Source of the DNA: a virus | Lineage: Duplodnaviria > Caudoviricetes | Virus record (IMG/VR): IMGVR_UViG_3300046009_012335 | Span: 1-54,963 of that record | Length of the DNA stretch: 54,963 bases | Strand: one strand, 5' to 3' | Part shown: in pieces, positions 21,208-30,693 of the stretch | How positions within the stretch are numbered: the stretch's first letter is position 1 | Layout: every line of letters begins with the position of its first letter | Notes under the pieces: model-generated | Database searches by the model: none | What the model saw: only the letters and a program-made list of their open reading frames with translations | What the model was told of the DNA's origin: nothing | Translations under genes and position numbers: made by a program

Positions 21208-22162
21208 TATAATCCATATAACGCAATCCATTAAGTGTATTTGTACCAGCGTAAGACATACAGCTCTGAATACCTTCGTTAATACGTTTAAAGTATTGCA
21301 AATAAGTTTCAGTACGCTGTTCTAGCAAGACTTTCTGACCTTCAATAAAACTATCACTATTTTTATTGAATGAAGATGCACTACCGAAGAATATCTTATG
21401 GTTATCAATTACTTCTGCTGGACTATCCGAGCACTTAGCAAACTCACTACCAATCATAACCATAGATGCTCCAGCAACTAATGCTTTACAAACATCTCCT
21501 ACTTCTCTAATCTGACCATCAGCTATAATTGGAATAGATGCATCGTAAATATCTACATCATTGAACCAAACGTTTCTTACAGTTGTAAACATAGGTGTAC
21601 CTACACCGGTACAATTATAGGTAGTACAAGACTTACCCATCGACAAACCAACCTTTACTGCATCAGCTCCCCATTGTTGCAAATCATCTAGTGCTCGTCT
21701 CGTACCAATATTACCAGCGATGATCTTAGTGTTATTACTACCTAATTCATCCTTAATATACTCTAAAATGTCTTTTACGCTAATATGGTGGCCGTGAGCA
21801 ACATCAATAGTAATGAAATCTACACGCAAATTATTATTCTTGATAGCGGAAATAAGTCTATAATCCTCTTCCTTTACACCAATTGAAATAGAAATAGTCT
21901 TAAGGTTTTGATTATCTGTAATCCACTTCAAAATATCACTATAAGGGTAAAATCTATGAAGCACATAAAAGTAATCCTCTTCAGAAAGAATACCTGCCAT
22001 CTTAAAATCGATAGTACACTTCATATTAGCAGGTATAGCTACACTCTTAAAAATTCTACCTAAAAACGTTTGATTGCAATCAGCATCTCTACGTGATCTA
22101 ATTTCAGAATAGTCAGGTAAAAGAACAATGTCGCTGTAACTATAAGATATTTTCTGTTTCAT
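21194..22162 (-). CDS. guaC: GMP reductase (IMPDH/GMPR family)
   Basis: SYSDIVLLP, PANM, LHRF, ITIDVAHGH, IIAGNI, GADAVKVG...SCTT, PIIADG, KALVAGASMVMIG, GSAS, EG. Confidence 0.9.
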   Translation of the reverse strand: MKQKISYSYSDIVLLPDYSEIRSRRDADCNQTFLGRIFKSVAIPANMKCTIDFKMAGILSEEDYFYVLHRFYPYSDILKWITDNQNLKTISISIGVKEEDYRLISAIKNNNLRVDFITIDVAHGHHISVKDILEYIKDELGSNNTKIIAGNIGTRRALDDLQQWGADAVKVGLSMGKSCTTYNCTGVGTPMFTTVRNVWFNDVDIYDASIPIIADGQIREVGDVCKALVAGASMVMIGSEFAKCSDSPAEVIDNHKIFFGSASSFNKNSDSFIEGQKVLLEQRTETYLQYFKRINEGIQSCMSYAGTNTLNGLRYMDYTIRT

Positions 22163-22368
22163 ACTATAATGTTGTTTTTGCGAGATGCTTCAATTAAGGC
22201 TTCAAGAGGAGGTAAATGACAAGCAAATTGCACGTAATCCTCTAATACTTTATCAACTAGATTTGCTTTTTCAACAGCTAATACAATACTCATATAAGAG
22301 TGTCTCGAATAATCATTGTTACGGTAAGTTGAATATAACTGATCTATAAGTGCGTCCCAGGAAAACAT
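22159..22368 (-). CDS. Hypothetical protein (69 aa)
   Basis: ATGA-coupled to guaC; GGAAC-type promoter upstream. Confidence 0.65.
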   Translation of the reverse strand: MFSWDALIDQLYSTYRNNDYSRHSYMSIVLAVEKANLVDKVLEDYVQFACHLPPLEALIEASRKNNIIV

Positions 22369-22386
22369 AATTTTTATTGTAGTTTA

Positions 22387-22402
22387 ATAATATGGATGTT
22401 CC
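22387..22402 (-). promoter_or_regulatory. GGAAC-N5-TATTAT promoter for the guaC operon
   Basis: Same motif and spacing as copies in 46.6-52.4 kb. Confidence 0.6.
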
Positions 22403-22415
22403 ACTAAATATTAAC

Positions 22416-23120
22416 GTGGCGAATGTGCAATTTAACATTTTGAATAGATTCGGTGGTGAAGTACTACCAATGTCAGGTTACTCATTACCGTTTGAAATTT
22501 TTACCTTTAAAGCAGATTTTAGTACTGTGAGCAATGATATATCCGATAAAAAAGTGATTTGGAATTTCGGGGACGGTACATTATCGAATGCATTAACCGG
22601 ATTCCATACATACAGGTACCCAGGTACCTATCCTATAACTCTCACAGTTTTCAATAGTAATGGAGATGGTACTTTAAGCACTTATACATCAGCAGTTAAG
22701 ATTTACAATTATATTAACGACTGTATAATTCTTACAACTTTAGGCAATCCAGTTATACAAAGCGGTAACACTAATGTACCTATATTAATCACCAGATACA
22801 ATTCTTATCAAACTTCATTAACTGGTATTGCTAATGTATTAAACCTATCAGTATCTGGTAATAAGTCACAATATTTTACAGCATTAGAATACTACAAAGA
22901 CAAAAACGTGCAGTATAAATCATCAGCACGTTTCTTAACAGATACCCCTTTAGGGTTAACTGTTGTGGATGAAGTAGCAACAACTAATGATCCAATGTAT
23001 GTATCAACTACAAGTGGCTCTGATATTACACTTCTTTCAAAACCAACATATGGTAGCTTTTTTGCAGGAACGAGTGGAACTGCAGTAATTTATTACACCG
23101 AAGATTATAAACTGAGTTGA
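22416..23120 (+). CDS. PKD (Ig-like) domain virion protein; start revised to GTG 22416
   Basis: WNFGDG...HTYRYPGTYPITLTVFN PKD signature; TAAATA (22405-22410)-N5-GTG in frame. Confidence 0.8.
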   Translation: MANVQFNILNRFGGEVLPMSGYSLPFEIFTFKADFSTVSNDISDKKVIWNFGDGTLSNALTGFHTYRYPGTYPITLTVFNSNGDGTLSTYTSAVKIYNYINDCIILTTLGNPVIQSGNTNVPILITRYNSYQTSLTGIANVLNLSVSGNKSQYFTALEYYKDKNVQYKSSARFLTDTPLGLTVVDEVATTNDPMYVSTTSGSDITLLSKPTYGSFFAGTSGTAVIYYTEDYKLS

Positions 23121-23150
23121 TTTAATTCACCTTTATAATACAATAATGAA

Positions 23151-23846
23151 ATGGTAGTTTTCGATAATAAAACCCACACTTACAAGAATCCTGCAAATAA
23201 CAGACCTTATATTTCTGTTTCGAAATTTCTTTCCCTATATAAAGAGCCTTTTGATAGTGATTATTTTGCTACAAAGAAAGCAAAACAGTTAGGTAAGACG
23301 AAAGAAGAAGTTTTGCAGATGTGGGAAGATAATAAGAACAAGGCATGTGATAAAGGTCAGAATGTCCATGCTATTGTGGAGGACTATCTCAATGAAGGTT
23401 TGGTTAGAGATGAAAAGATCATTTATGATTTTGAAAAGTCGTTTGTTAAATCTGATTTCAAGAGAGTGTTAAGTGAGGAGATTGTACATAATGATGAGTT
23501 TGAGATAGCCGGTACATCGGATTTAATTTGCGATGTTGATAGTGATTACTTTGATGTTTACGATATAAAGACGAATAAGAGGTTTGATTTTTATAACAAA
23601 TACAACAAACATCTCAAAACTCCTCTCAATAGCTTACAGCAATGTCATTATAATGATTACAGTTTACAATTATCATTGTATGCTTATATGTATAGTAAAC
23701 TAAATAATAAGACACCTAGAAAACTAAGTATCTTATATTATGATGGTGAAAAATTTAATTCATACCACACTCCCTATTTGTTTTGGGAAGTATCAGCAGT
23801 TTTAAAACATTACAAAGCTAATCATGGACAAGATCCTTCTCACTAA
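23151..23846 (+). CDS. PD-(D/E)XK nuclease (Cas4/RecB-like exonuclease family)
   Basis: HTY...ISVS, GQNVH, SEE, IAGTSDL, YDIKT, YSLQLSLYA; sigma70-like TTGATT-N16-TACAAT upstream. Confidence 0.85.
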   Translation: MVVFDNKTHTYKNPANNRPYISVSKFLSLYKEPFDSDYFATKKAKQLGKTKEEVLQMWEDNKNKACDKGQNVHAIVEDYLNEGLVRDEKIIYDFEKSFVKSDFKRVLSEEIVHNDEFEIAGTSDLICDVDSDYFDVYDIKTNKRFDFYNKYNKHLKTPLNSLQQCHYNDYSLQLSLYAYMYSKLNNKTPRKLSILYYDGEKFNSYHTPYLFWEVSAVLKHYKANHGQDPSH

Positions 23847-24108
23847 GGTAAAATTTATATTAAGCGAGTGTACGCCAGATAACGTAAACAGAATTAAAAA
23901 GCAGTTAATGGTTACTTTAAAGCCTGAGCAGGCAGAAGAAGTTTATGAATACTTTCTTCGTATAGAACCGGATTATGTATTGGAGAACTGTAAAGTCCAT
24001 GTAAATCAGGTAATACCGTTATATACTGACTATTTTAAGAAAGATATTAAGGTAGCAGACTTTATATTTGATGAGTTTGATATAGATGGTTATGAGAACT
24101 CGAAATAA
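23824..24108 (+). CDS. Hypothetical protein (94 aa)
   Basis: Overlaps nuclease stop, acidic C-terminus. Confidence 0.65.
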   Translation: MDKILLTKVKFILSECTPDNVNRIKKQLMVTLKPEQAEEVYEYFLRIEPDYVLENCKVHVNQVIPLYTDYFKKDIKVADFIFDEFDIDGYENSK

Positions 24109-24117
24109 ATATAATTG

Positions 24118-27100
24118 ATGCTTTCAGGTTTCAATTCTATTCAACCAGTAAAATTCTTTTATCAGAACGACTCAAATTTACTGATTAATCAAAATACCTT
24201 TGCTACGCAACAAGGCTTAGAATTGAACCTTGTTAATGCATTGAGTGGTTGTAAAGACGAAACTATATTAAACTATTCAAATGTATTTCTAAGTAAAGCA
24301 ATGTCAGTAAATGATGTTGTTTATTTACCAACAACAGCAAAATTACCAATCACGTTTCCTACATATCTTGGTTTAAGTGCATATCCAGCTGATACAGTTT
24401 CAACATTTTATGTTGCAATTAGTTCTGATATAAATGAAACGAGCAGTATTACATTTAATACTTCTCTAAGTAATACGCAAGAAACTTATTTCGGTTTTTA
24501 TAGTGTTAATGGTGTGCAGTGTAAAATATTTTCATTTGATAATGATTACACGAAATATCTTACAGTTGATACAAGCTCATTAAGTTGTACTTTCACTACA
24601 CAGACTTCAGCTATCACCGCCACAGGAGCTAACTTATTTGAATTTGCACTTGATGATGCTGGTTTCATGAAGTTATTTTTCCGTTCGTCAACATTATCTG
24701 CGTTTTATATTATTAGATACATTAATAATACTTTAAGTGCAGTGAATGTTTCTACAACAACACCTCTCACTTCAGATATTTTTAAAACCACTTACAACGG
24801 TGAGCAGGACATAAAGTTTAAAAATGATTTTATATATTATAACAAGTCATTACTAAAAGATTTTATTGTTAAAACAGATAGAACGGTTGAAGATGTTCCT
24901 CAAAATCATGTTCTGTATTATAACTATCAAGCAACAGATAATTTCTTATCAGGTTCTCAAGATGCTTATGTAGATTTCTTTAAAACAAAAAATGTTTTAA
25001 GCAACAATTATTACATTAACGATAAATTACCTTTTAAAAAGCAGGACGTTTTACAAAGAAACTACACAACCATTCTTTCAAAACAAAATAGTGAATTATT
25101 TGAAGGCGATTTTCAATTAAACTACAATTACTATACAGATGAGTTTTTATTCCTTCCAGATGTAGCAACGAAATTCACATTACCTAAGACACTATTTCCC
25201 TATAGTGTTATGAATATTGATAATAGTAATTTAGTAAACGTTGGGGCTTATGGAGGGTTAACTCCAGTATTTTCCGATAAGGTTGTAAAGCAATTAAACC
25301 CGAACACTAACGTAGTAAACTATAATGAAGCAAACGGCATATATCTTTACACCTGGCTTTATACAGACACTCAACAATTAACTTCATATTGGTTAGATAG
25401 ATATTACTTCCCAGGAAAAACTTCTATAAATGTAGCATATTCTGGATCTAATAATCAGATTTTTACATACCAATCTCAACTTTCTACTTTCTTAAATGCA
25501 AATTATCCAGCTAATGATTATGCATATTATGATATTAGAAGCTCTTTAACATTTGAAGCATCTGCAACATATTACTATTCTAGAATAGGAAATAGATATA
25601 TAAGCAAAGTTATAGACTCTTTACAGCAAGCTATATCTGGGGTAGAAGTTTTTGATAGCACGAATGTCTTTCAAAACATTTCAAACACTTTAACATTTGC
25701 TAAAGACAAATACGGTGCTTTTAAATTATCACCTGATTTGAACAATTCATTCACTATAGCTTTTAACATAGTAAGTGAAAATGTTGATAATATAAACTCC
25801 AATTTAATTGTCGGTAATAACTTTGATGAAGGTATTAGTTTATATAAAGGCGGTGCTAAGAATATCTTTACACCCGGGTATCTAATCAATTCATTAACTG
25901 GTTTAGATTTTCATACAACAACAAATGAAAATACCTATAACTTAAATTTAAGTACATTTACTAATACAGCAATAAAAACTCTTGATATAATCAATACAGG
26001 TTTTGATCATATCATTAAAGCTTTCTATTATAACGTTGATACAGGTATACCGGGATTTTTAGACTTTAGCTACTCCGGTAAAGTATTGAACTATTACGAA
26101 TTTCCAATTCTATCAGCTGCATTTGTAAGTAGTTCTAGAATTAATTTATTCGATAAGGTGTATGTAGGTGATAGTGAAATTTGGTACCTAGTAAAGCCAG
26201 GTAATGGTACGAATACCATATATAAATTTGATTATCTTAATAACGTATTTTTAGGTACACAAATTATACCTAATATTAACGCTGAAGACTTTAATAGTAT
26301 CGTTACCTTTAATGGTTATGTATCTTCCTTATCAGGGTATTGTGGAGATATATTAGATAATTCAATCGGTGTTTCGAAAAAATATAGCGCATTATTCTTT
26401 AAGGACTTAAGTGCTAATACTGAGTATCCAGTATTAAGTGCATATACCGGCGGTATATTCGATGTTATAACTTACGGGGACAAATTCTATTTACAAACAA
26501 ACGGACTTGTAAGACAGTATGATAAGTATAAGAGAAGATATAACACCTATTATACAAATAGTAAAGGTGTTTCTGGTGTTAAACTTGACATCATAAATGA
26601 TAACTATCAGACGAAGTTATTAGCTTACACAGCTGATATTAATAGTAAAATAATTGTTGATAGATTTGATTTAACAACAGGTCAATTAGAAAATACATAT
26701 GAAACAGGTATAGTTATTGATCCTATATTCTTTAATGAATATCTTTATCCAAAGAAAGGCTCTTACACTGATTTAGCTGCTATAGGTATAGTTAATGCAA
26801 AGTTTATAAGTGGTGGCTCTGAAAATGAATACACATACGGCACATCTATAATTGGCTCATTAACTTCATTTCCGATTAACGCAGTAATAGGTGCGCAATC
26901 CCTAGATAGTACAAGCAATAGTATATTATCGGGTACATTGGATACTTTCGGTGCTAACGTGCCTTTTGATGTAAAAATGGAATTATATCAAGGCTCAACA
27001 TTATTAACAACTATTACCAGTAACGGTAACAGTAATTATATTGATTTTAGTTATCAAAACGTTGTACCTAACACCCCATATTCTTTAGTTGCAAGTAGAT

Positions 27101-28194
27101 CAACAGAAAACGCTACCTTAGCTATAAGAATGATTTTAAGCATACAAAATGGTACATTCTATAATGGCTCATTTAGAAATATTGTCGTTGGTGGTCAATT
27201 CGATTACCCTACATCACCAGGATTTGCTAATGCATTTACTGCATCAAATACTATAAGCTTGACTGAAAAGTTTGGTTTCGTAGGTAATGTAAATGCTAAA
27301 GTGTTAGATGATAATAATATACCATTAGCAGGACCCGTTTATTCGTCTAATGTTAACTTTAACGGTGTTACTACTAACCCGTATAATAATTTTTACCACG
27401 CGTTTACAAACCCTCATTTATACCTTACAGTAAATCCTGCTACTTCATCATTCCAACCAACGTTAATTGAATTTACTTCAAATACAAACCCAACTTTATC
27501 TAACCCGGTATTATCTGGTGTAGCATTTCAAACACCAGTTAACTTTAACGAAATTAGTGATGTTAATAAATTTGAGCAAGGCGATATGATTGCAAGAGTA
27601 GATTTATACTCTGGTAATAATTACAAGAACAAACAAACAGAGATCATACCATTTAACGTTGATAATGAAAGTCAAATAACAATGTCATTTGATCCTAATA
27701 ATGGTTATTTGACAATTTATAGAGACGCAGAAGTAGTTGGAAGTGTTTCATTATCAGCCAACACATTCTACACTAGTTACTTTTTAAATAATAACTTTGG
27801 TATAGGTATACCATTTGTTAATAATAAAGCAGCGTCAACTATTGGACAAAATTACGTTGGCTTTGCAAATAACTATACTATAAACAATTTTGTAGTTTAT
27901 GATAAACCATTAACTCCTGATGAAGTAAAGTTTAACTTCTTACAAAATAAGACAATTGACCCGGTAAATTTCGACACACCACAAGGTACTAGAAATAATA
28001 CAGATACATTTGCATCATTTAATAGATTCACTATTCCTGGTAGAAAGAATAACAACGTGAAGATATATATTAAGAATGCTAACCTAACACCTTCTGGTGA
28101 AGCAATGCTTACTGAACAGTTACTACCTAAGATACGCAATATTGTACCTTTAAATACAGATAAAATTGACCTTATATACTTAAATTATGAATAG
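24118..28194 (+). CDS. Large virion structural protein (beta-rich; possible LamG-like C-terminal region); start revised to ATG 24118
   Basis: TAAATA-N6-ATG; N/S/T/Y/F-rich; C-terminal INNFVVYDKPLTPDEV is LamG-like. Confidence 0.7.
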   Translation: MLSGFNSIQPVKFFYQNDSNLLINQNTFATQQGLELNLVNALSGCKDETILNYSNVFLSKAMSVNDVVYLPTTAKLPITFPTYLGLSAYPADTVSTFYVAISSDINETSSITFNTSLSNTQETYFGFYSVNGVQCKIFSFDNDYTKYLTVDTSSLSCTFTTQTSAITATGANLFEFALDDAGFMKLFFRSSTLSAFYIIRYINNTLSAVNVSTTTPLTSDIFKTTYNGEQDIKFKNDFIYYNKSLLKDFIVKTDRTVEDVPQNHVLYYNYQATDNFLSGSQDAYVDFFKTKNVLSNNYYINDKLPFKKQDVLQRNYTTILSKQNSELFEGDFQLNYNYYTDEFLFLPDVATKFTLPKTLFPYSVMNIDNSNLVNVGAYGGLTPVFSDKVVKQLNPNTNVVNYNEANGIYLYTWLYTDTQQLTSYWLDRYYFPGKTSINVAYSGSNNQIFTYQSQLSTFLNANYPANDYAYYDIRSSLTFEASATYYYSRIGNRYISKVIDSLQQAISGVEVFDSTNVFQNISNTLTFAKDKYGAFKLSPDLNNSFTIAFNIVSENVDNINSNLIVGNNFDEGISLYKGGAKNIFTPGYLINSLTGLDFHTTTNENTYNLNLSTFTNTAIKTLDIINTGFDHIIKAFYYNVDTGIPGFLDFSYSGKVLNYYEFPILSAAFVSSSRINLFDKVYVGDSEIWYLVKPGNGTNTIYKFDYLNNVFLGTQIIPNINAEDFNSIVTFNGYVSSLSGYCGDILDNSIGVSKKYSALFFKDLSANTEYPVLSAYTGGIFDVITYGDKFYLQTNGLVRQYDKYKRRYNTYYTNSKGVSGVKLDIINDNYQTKLLAYTADINSKIIVDRFDLTTGQLENTYETGIVIDPIFFNEYLYPKKGSYTDLAAIGIVNAKFISGGSENEYTYGTSIIGSLTSFPINAVIGAQSLDSTSNSILSGTLDTFGANVPFDVKMELYQGSTLLTTITSNGNSNYIDFSYQNVVPNTPYSLVASRSTENATLAIRMILSIQNGTFYNGSFRNIVVGGQFDYPTSPGFANAFTASNTISLTEKFGFVGNVNAKVLDDNNIPLAGPVYSSNVNFNGVTTNPYNNFYHAFTNPHLYLTVNPATSSFQPTLIEFTSNTNPTLSNPVLSGVAFQTPVNFNEISDVNKFEQGDMIARVDLYSGNNYKNKQTEIIPFNVDNESQITMSFDPNNGYLTIYRDAEVVGSVSLSANTFYTSYFLNNNFGIGIPFVNNKAASTIGQNYVGFANNYTINNFVVYDKPLTPDEVKFNFLQNKTIDPVNFDTPQGTRNNTDTFASFNRFTIPGRKNNNVKIYIKNANLTPSGEAMLTEQLLPKIRNIVPLNTDKIDLIYLNYE

Positions 28195-29551
28195 TGTTAA
28201 AAAATTTGCATACACCACTGGTGATCTTTTTTTCTTATCAGGTGATTACATCGGCTTTTATAATATAAAAGACGGTATTGGGTATGCTAGTAAATATGAT
28301 CAAAACATTGAACTTATCAATATACAGAAAGTTCAAAATGTCATTGCACGTTCTAATCAATTTTATAATAGATTACCGACTCAGAATTTTACATTAACAT
28401 ATAGTTTGTCAGATTTCGTATTCCAACCAAACGAATTCATAAACGGTAATGCATTAGACAATAAGTTATCGAAATTGTTTACTAATTTCTTAGATAGTTA
28501 TAGAGCATGTTTCATGGCATCGTCAAATCTACCTTATGACTTGACTAAGATGGCTAAAGCTTCTGCAACTAACACCGGTACACAATTTGTTTGGACGTTA
28601 TCAAGTACTGGTACAACAGTTTCATCTCTATCTACAATTAATTCAAATTTTACAAGAGATAGTAAGATAGTATATGCAACTAATATCTATTCAGATAACG
28701 ATACTTTAATTTTAGCTAATTCTGCATCCGTATTTACGTATAAAGTTTACGAACCAGATTCAACATTTACTTTTAACTTTTCATCATCTTTTATTGAAAC
28801 AAATACCCCAGATTACGGGGCTTTAACATTTAGTAATATAACAAGCGTTTCATTATTTGATACAAAGTTATATATTTGTGATAACGGTAATAAATCAGTT
28901 TATTACTATGATATAACAAGCGTATTGCAAGAAGATAGAGCTTTAGGTAATAAGTTTAATCTTGTTGATACTATCGACAATGTTCAAGGCAACTTTGAGA
29001 GTCCTCAATTAGTATGTGCTGGTTTAAATCTTGTTTATGTATACGATAACTTCTTAAAGACTGTTTTCTTTTACGATAACAATTTTAACCTTATTAATTC
29101 ATATAAAAATGCTGATCTGTTTTCAGTCTCAGTACCATCATCAATGTCTTATTATAGAATCTATGATGAATTATTCATTATAACTGAAGACTTTAAACTT
29201 GTTATCTTAGACAGTCAAGCAAATGTGAGAATAATTCAATTATCAACAAATGGGTTGCAACCGGATGAAATTGCTTTAAAAGTTATTTTCTCAAATACAA
29301 ATTCAGATGTAATGTATTTACTTTCTAATAAAAACTTATATAAGAAGTTTGTATCCAACGTTGTTGATAATATAGGGCTTTATTCATTCACTCAATATAT
29401 AACAGGTACAAATACTAATTTGTTTGGTAATTTGCTTTATGATATTGACATTTTACAAACTAATATAAATGTTGATAACATTCTATTGTATGGCTTCGAT
29501 CAATTGATAAATTATAACGAGCTTACAGTATACAACTCAATTATTAAGTAA
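28187..29551 (+). CDS. Virion protein with NHL/beta-propeller-like repeats
   Basis: KLYICDNGNKSVYYYD, FESPQLV...VYVYDNFLKTVFFYDNNFN. Confidence 0.6.
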   Translation: MNSVKKFAYTTGDLFFLSGDYIGFYNIKDGIGYASKYDQNIELINIQKVQNVIARSNQFYNRLPTQNFTLTYSLSDFVFQPNEFINGNALDNKLSKLFTNFLDSYRACFMASSNLPYDLTKMAKASATNTGTQFVWTLSSTGTTVSSLSTINSNFTRDSKIVYATNIYSDNDTLILANSASVFTYKVYEPDSTFTFNFSSSFIETNTPDYGALTFSNITSVSLFDTKLYICDNGNKSVYYYDITSVLQEDRALGNKFNLVDTIDNVQGNFESPQLVCAGLNLVYVYDNFLKTVFFYDNNFNLINSYKNADLFSVSVPSSMSYYRIYDELFIITEDFKLVILDSQANVRIIQLSTNGLQPDEIALKVIFSNTNSDVMYLLSNKNLYKKFVSNVVDNIGLYSFTQYITGTNTNLFGNLLYDIDILQTNINVDNILLYGFDQLINYNELTVYNSIIK

Positions 29552-29555
29552 TTTT

Positions 29556-30185
29556 ATGTCTTTAACCCCTCATTGTAGCAATATAACATTCACTGACCCG
29601 TTTAATACAGAATACGATTTTACTGTAAGTTTTACTTATACAATGAATACAAGTGGGTTCAATCCTACTGCTAATTATGGTTTTTCAGTATTTTTTACTG
29701 ACGGTAGCCAAACACTTGTTAATGGGCAAGGAGGTTGCGGAGCTGGTTTAGGCGTTGCAAGTAATACAACCCCACCAAACGGTTTATTTTGTATAGTCGG
29801 TTTTGATATAACTGGGGAATTTTTTAAAGTTGGTGGCTTAGCTGCATTTACTGATGGTACAGCAACCCCTATACCAAATTCTGTAGGTATAAGAACCGGC
29901 ACTAATTACAAATATATAGACTCAAATGATACGTTTCCGATAAATCCATATCTTTTCGGACCACTTGGACCGGCAGCTACCCCATATGCATATCAAACTG
30001 TGAGAGTTTGCGTTAGAAAGAAATTTCAACAAATAGACGTTTATTCCTTAGCTAATCAAACTTACGTATTACTTGGATCTTATAGCACTGATCTTTTATC
30101 AATACCTGCTACAGCAAGAGCGGGTATAAGCTATTCCGGTGATACTCTATTTGAAGTAAACAACATTACACTTAACTTCACGTAA
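29556..30185 (+). CDS. Legume (L-type)/ConA-like lectin domain protein
   Basis: FTVSFTY...YGFSVFF...GGCGAGLG...IVGFD pattern of L-type lectins. Confidence 0.6.
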   Translation: MSLTPHCSNITFTDPFNTEYDFTVSFTYTMNTSGFNPTANYGFSVFFTDGSQTLVNGQGGCGAGLGVASNTTPPNGLFCIVGFDITGEFFKVGGLAAFTDGTATPIPNSVGIRTGTNYKYIDSNDTFPINPYLFGPLGPAATPYAYQTVRVCVRKKFQQIDVYSLANQTYVLLGSYSTDLLSIPATARAGISYSGDTLFEVNNITLNFT

Positions 30186-30693
30186 TAGGAGTTGTATCAG
30201 TAATGTTAAATACAACGTTACCTTTTTGCGCTTGTAAATTGTATGTTGTGGTAAATTCTTGATTTGTGTTTTGAATATCTAACACATCAAGATTTAAATC
30301 AATGATATTGTCACTGGTTGCAATAATATCTATATTAAAGGTCAATATGTTACCATCTTCGTAATATATTGTTACGGAGGAATTTAAAGTTGATGGGGCT
30401 GTAGATTTTGGTGATATTACTTTCTGTGATAAAGTAGATAATAATGGTGAAAATGTAGATAGTGGATCAATTACTGAATCGTGTACATAAACATCGTTAA
30501 TTACAGTTGGAAACTCTTCACCTGGCCACCTTAATGACACTTTAAATGGATCTGAAGCAAATACCAAACTGTTATAATCGTATATAACATTTGTCACTCC
30601 TTGTATAACAGCAGAAAGTGTAATTGATGAACTGTTAGTAGGAGCCGATAAAGAAATTATCTTTGTATCAAAACTAAAAAGTGATTGTGCCAT
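30178..30693 (-). CDS. Hypothetical virion protein
   Basis: 171-aa S/T-rich ORF overlapping the end of the upstream gene. Confidence 0.65.
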   Translation of the reverse strand: MAQSLFSFDTKIISLSAPTNSSSITLSAVIQGVTNVIYDYNSLVFASDPFKVSLRWPGEEFPTVINDVYVHDSVIDPLSTFSPLLSTLSQKVISPKSTAPSTLNSSVTIYYEDGNILTFNIDIIATSDNIIDLNLDVLDIQNTNQEFTTTYNLQAQKGNVVFNITDTTPIT

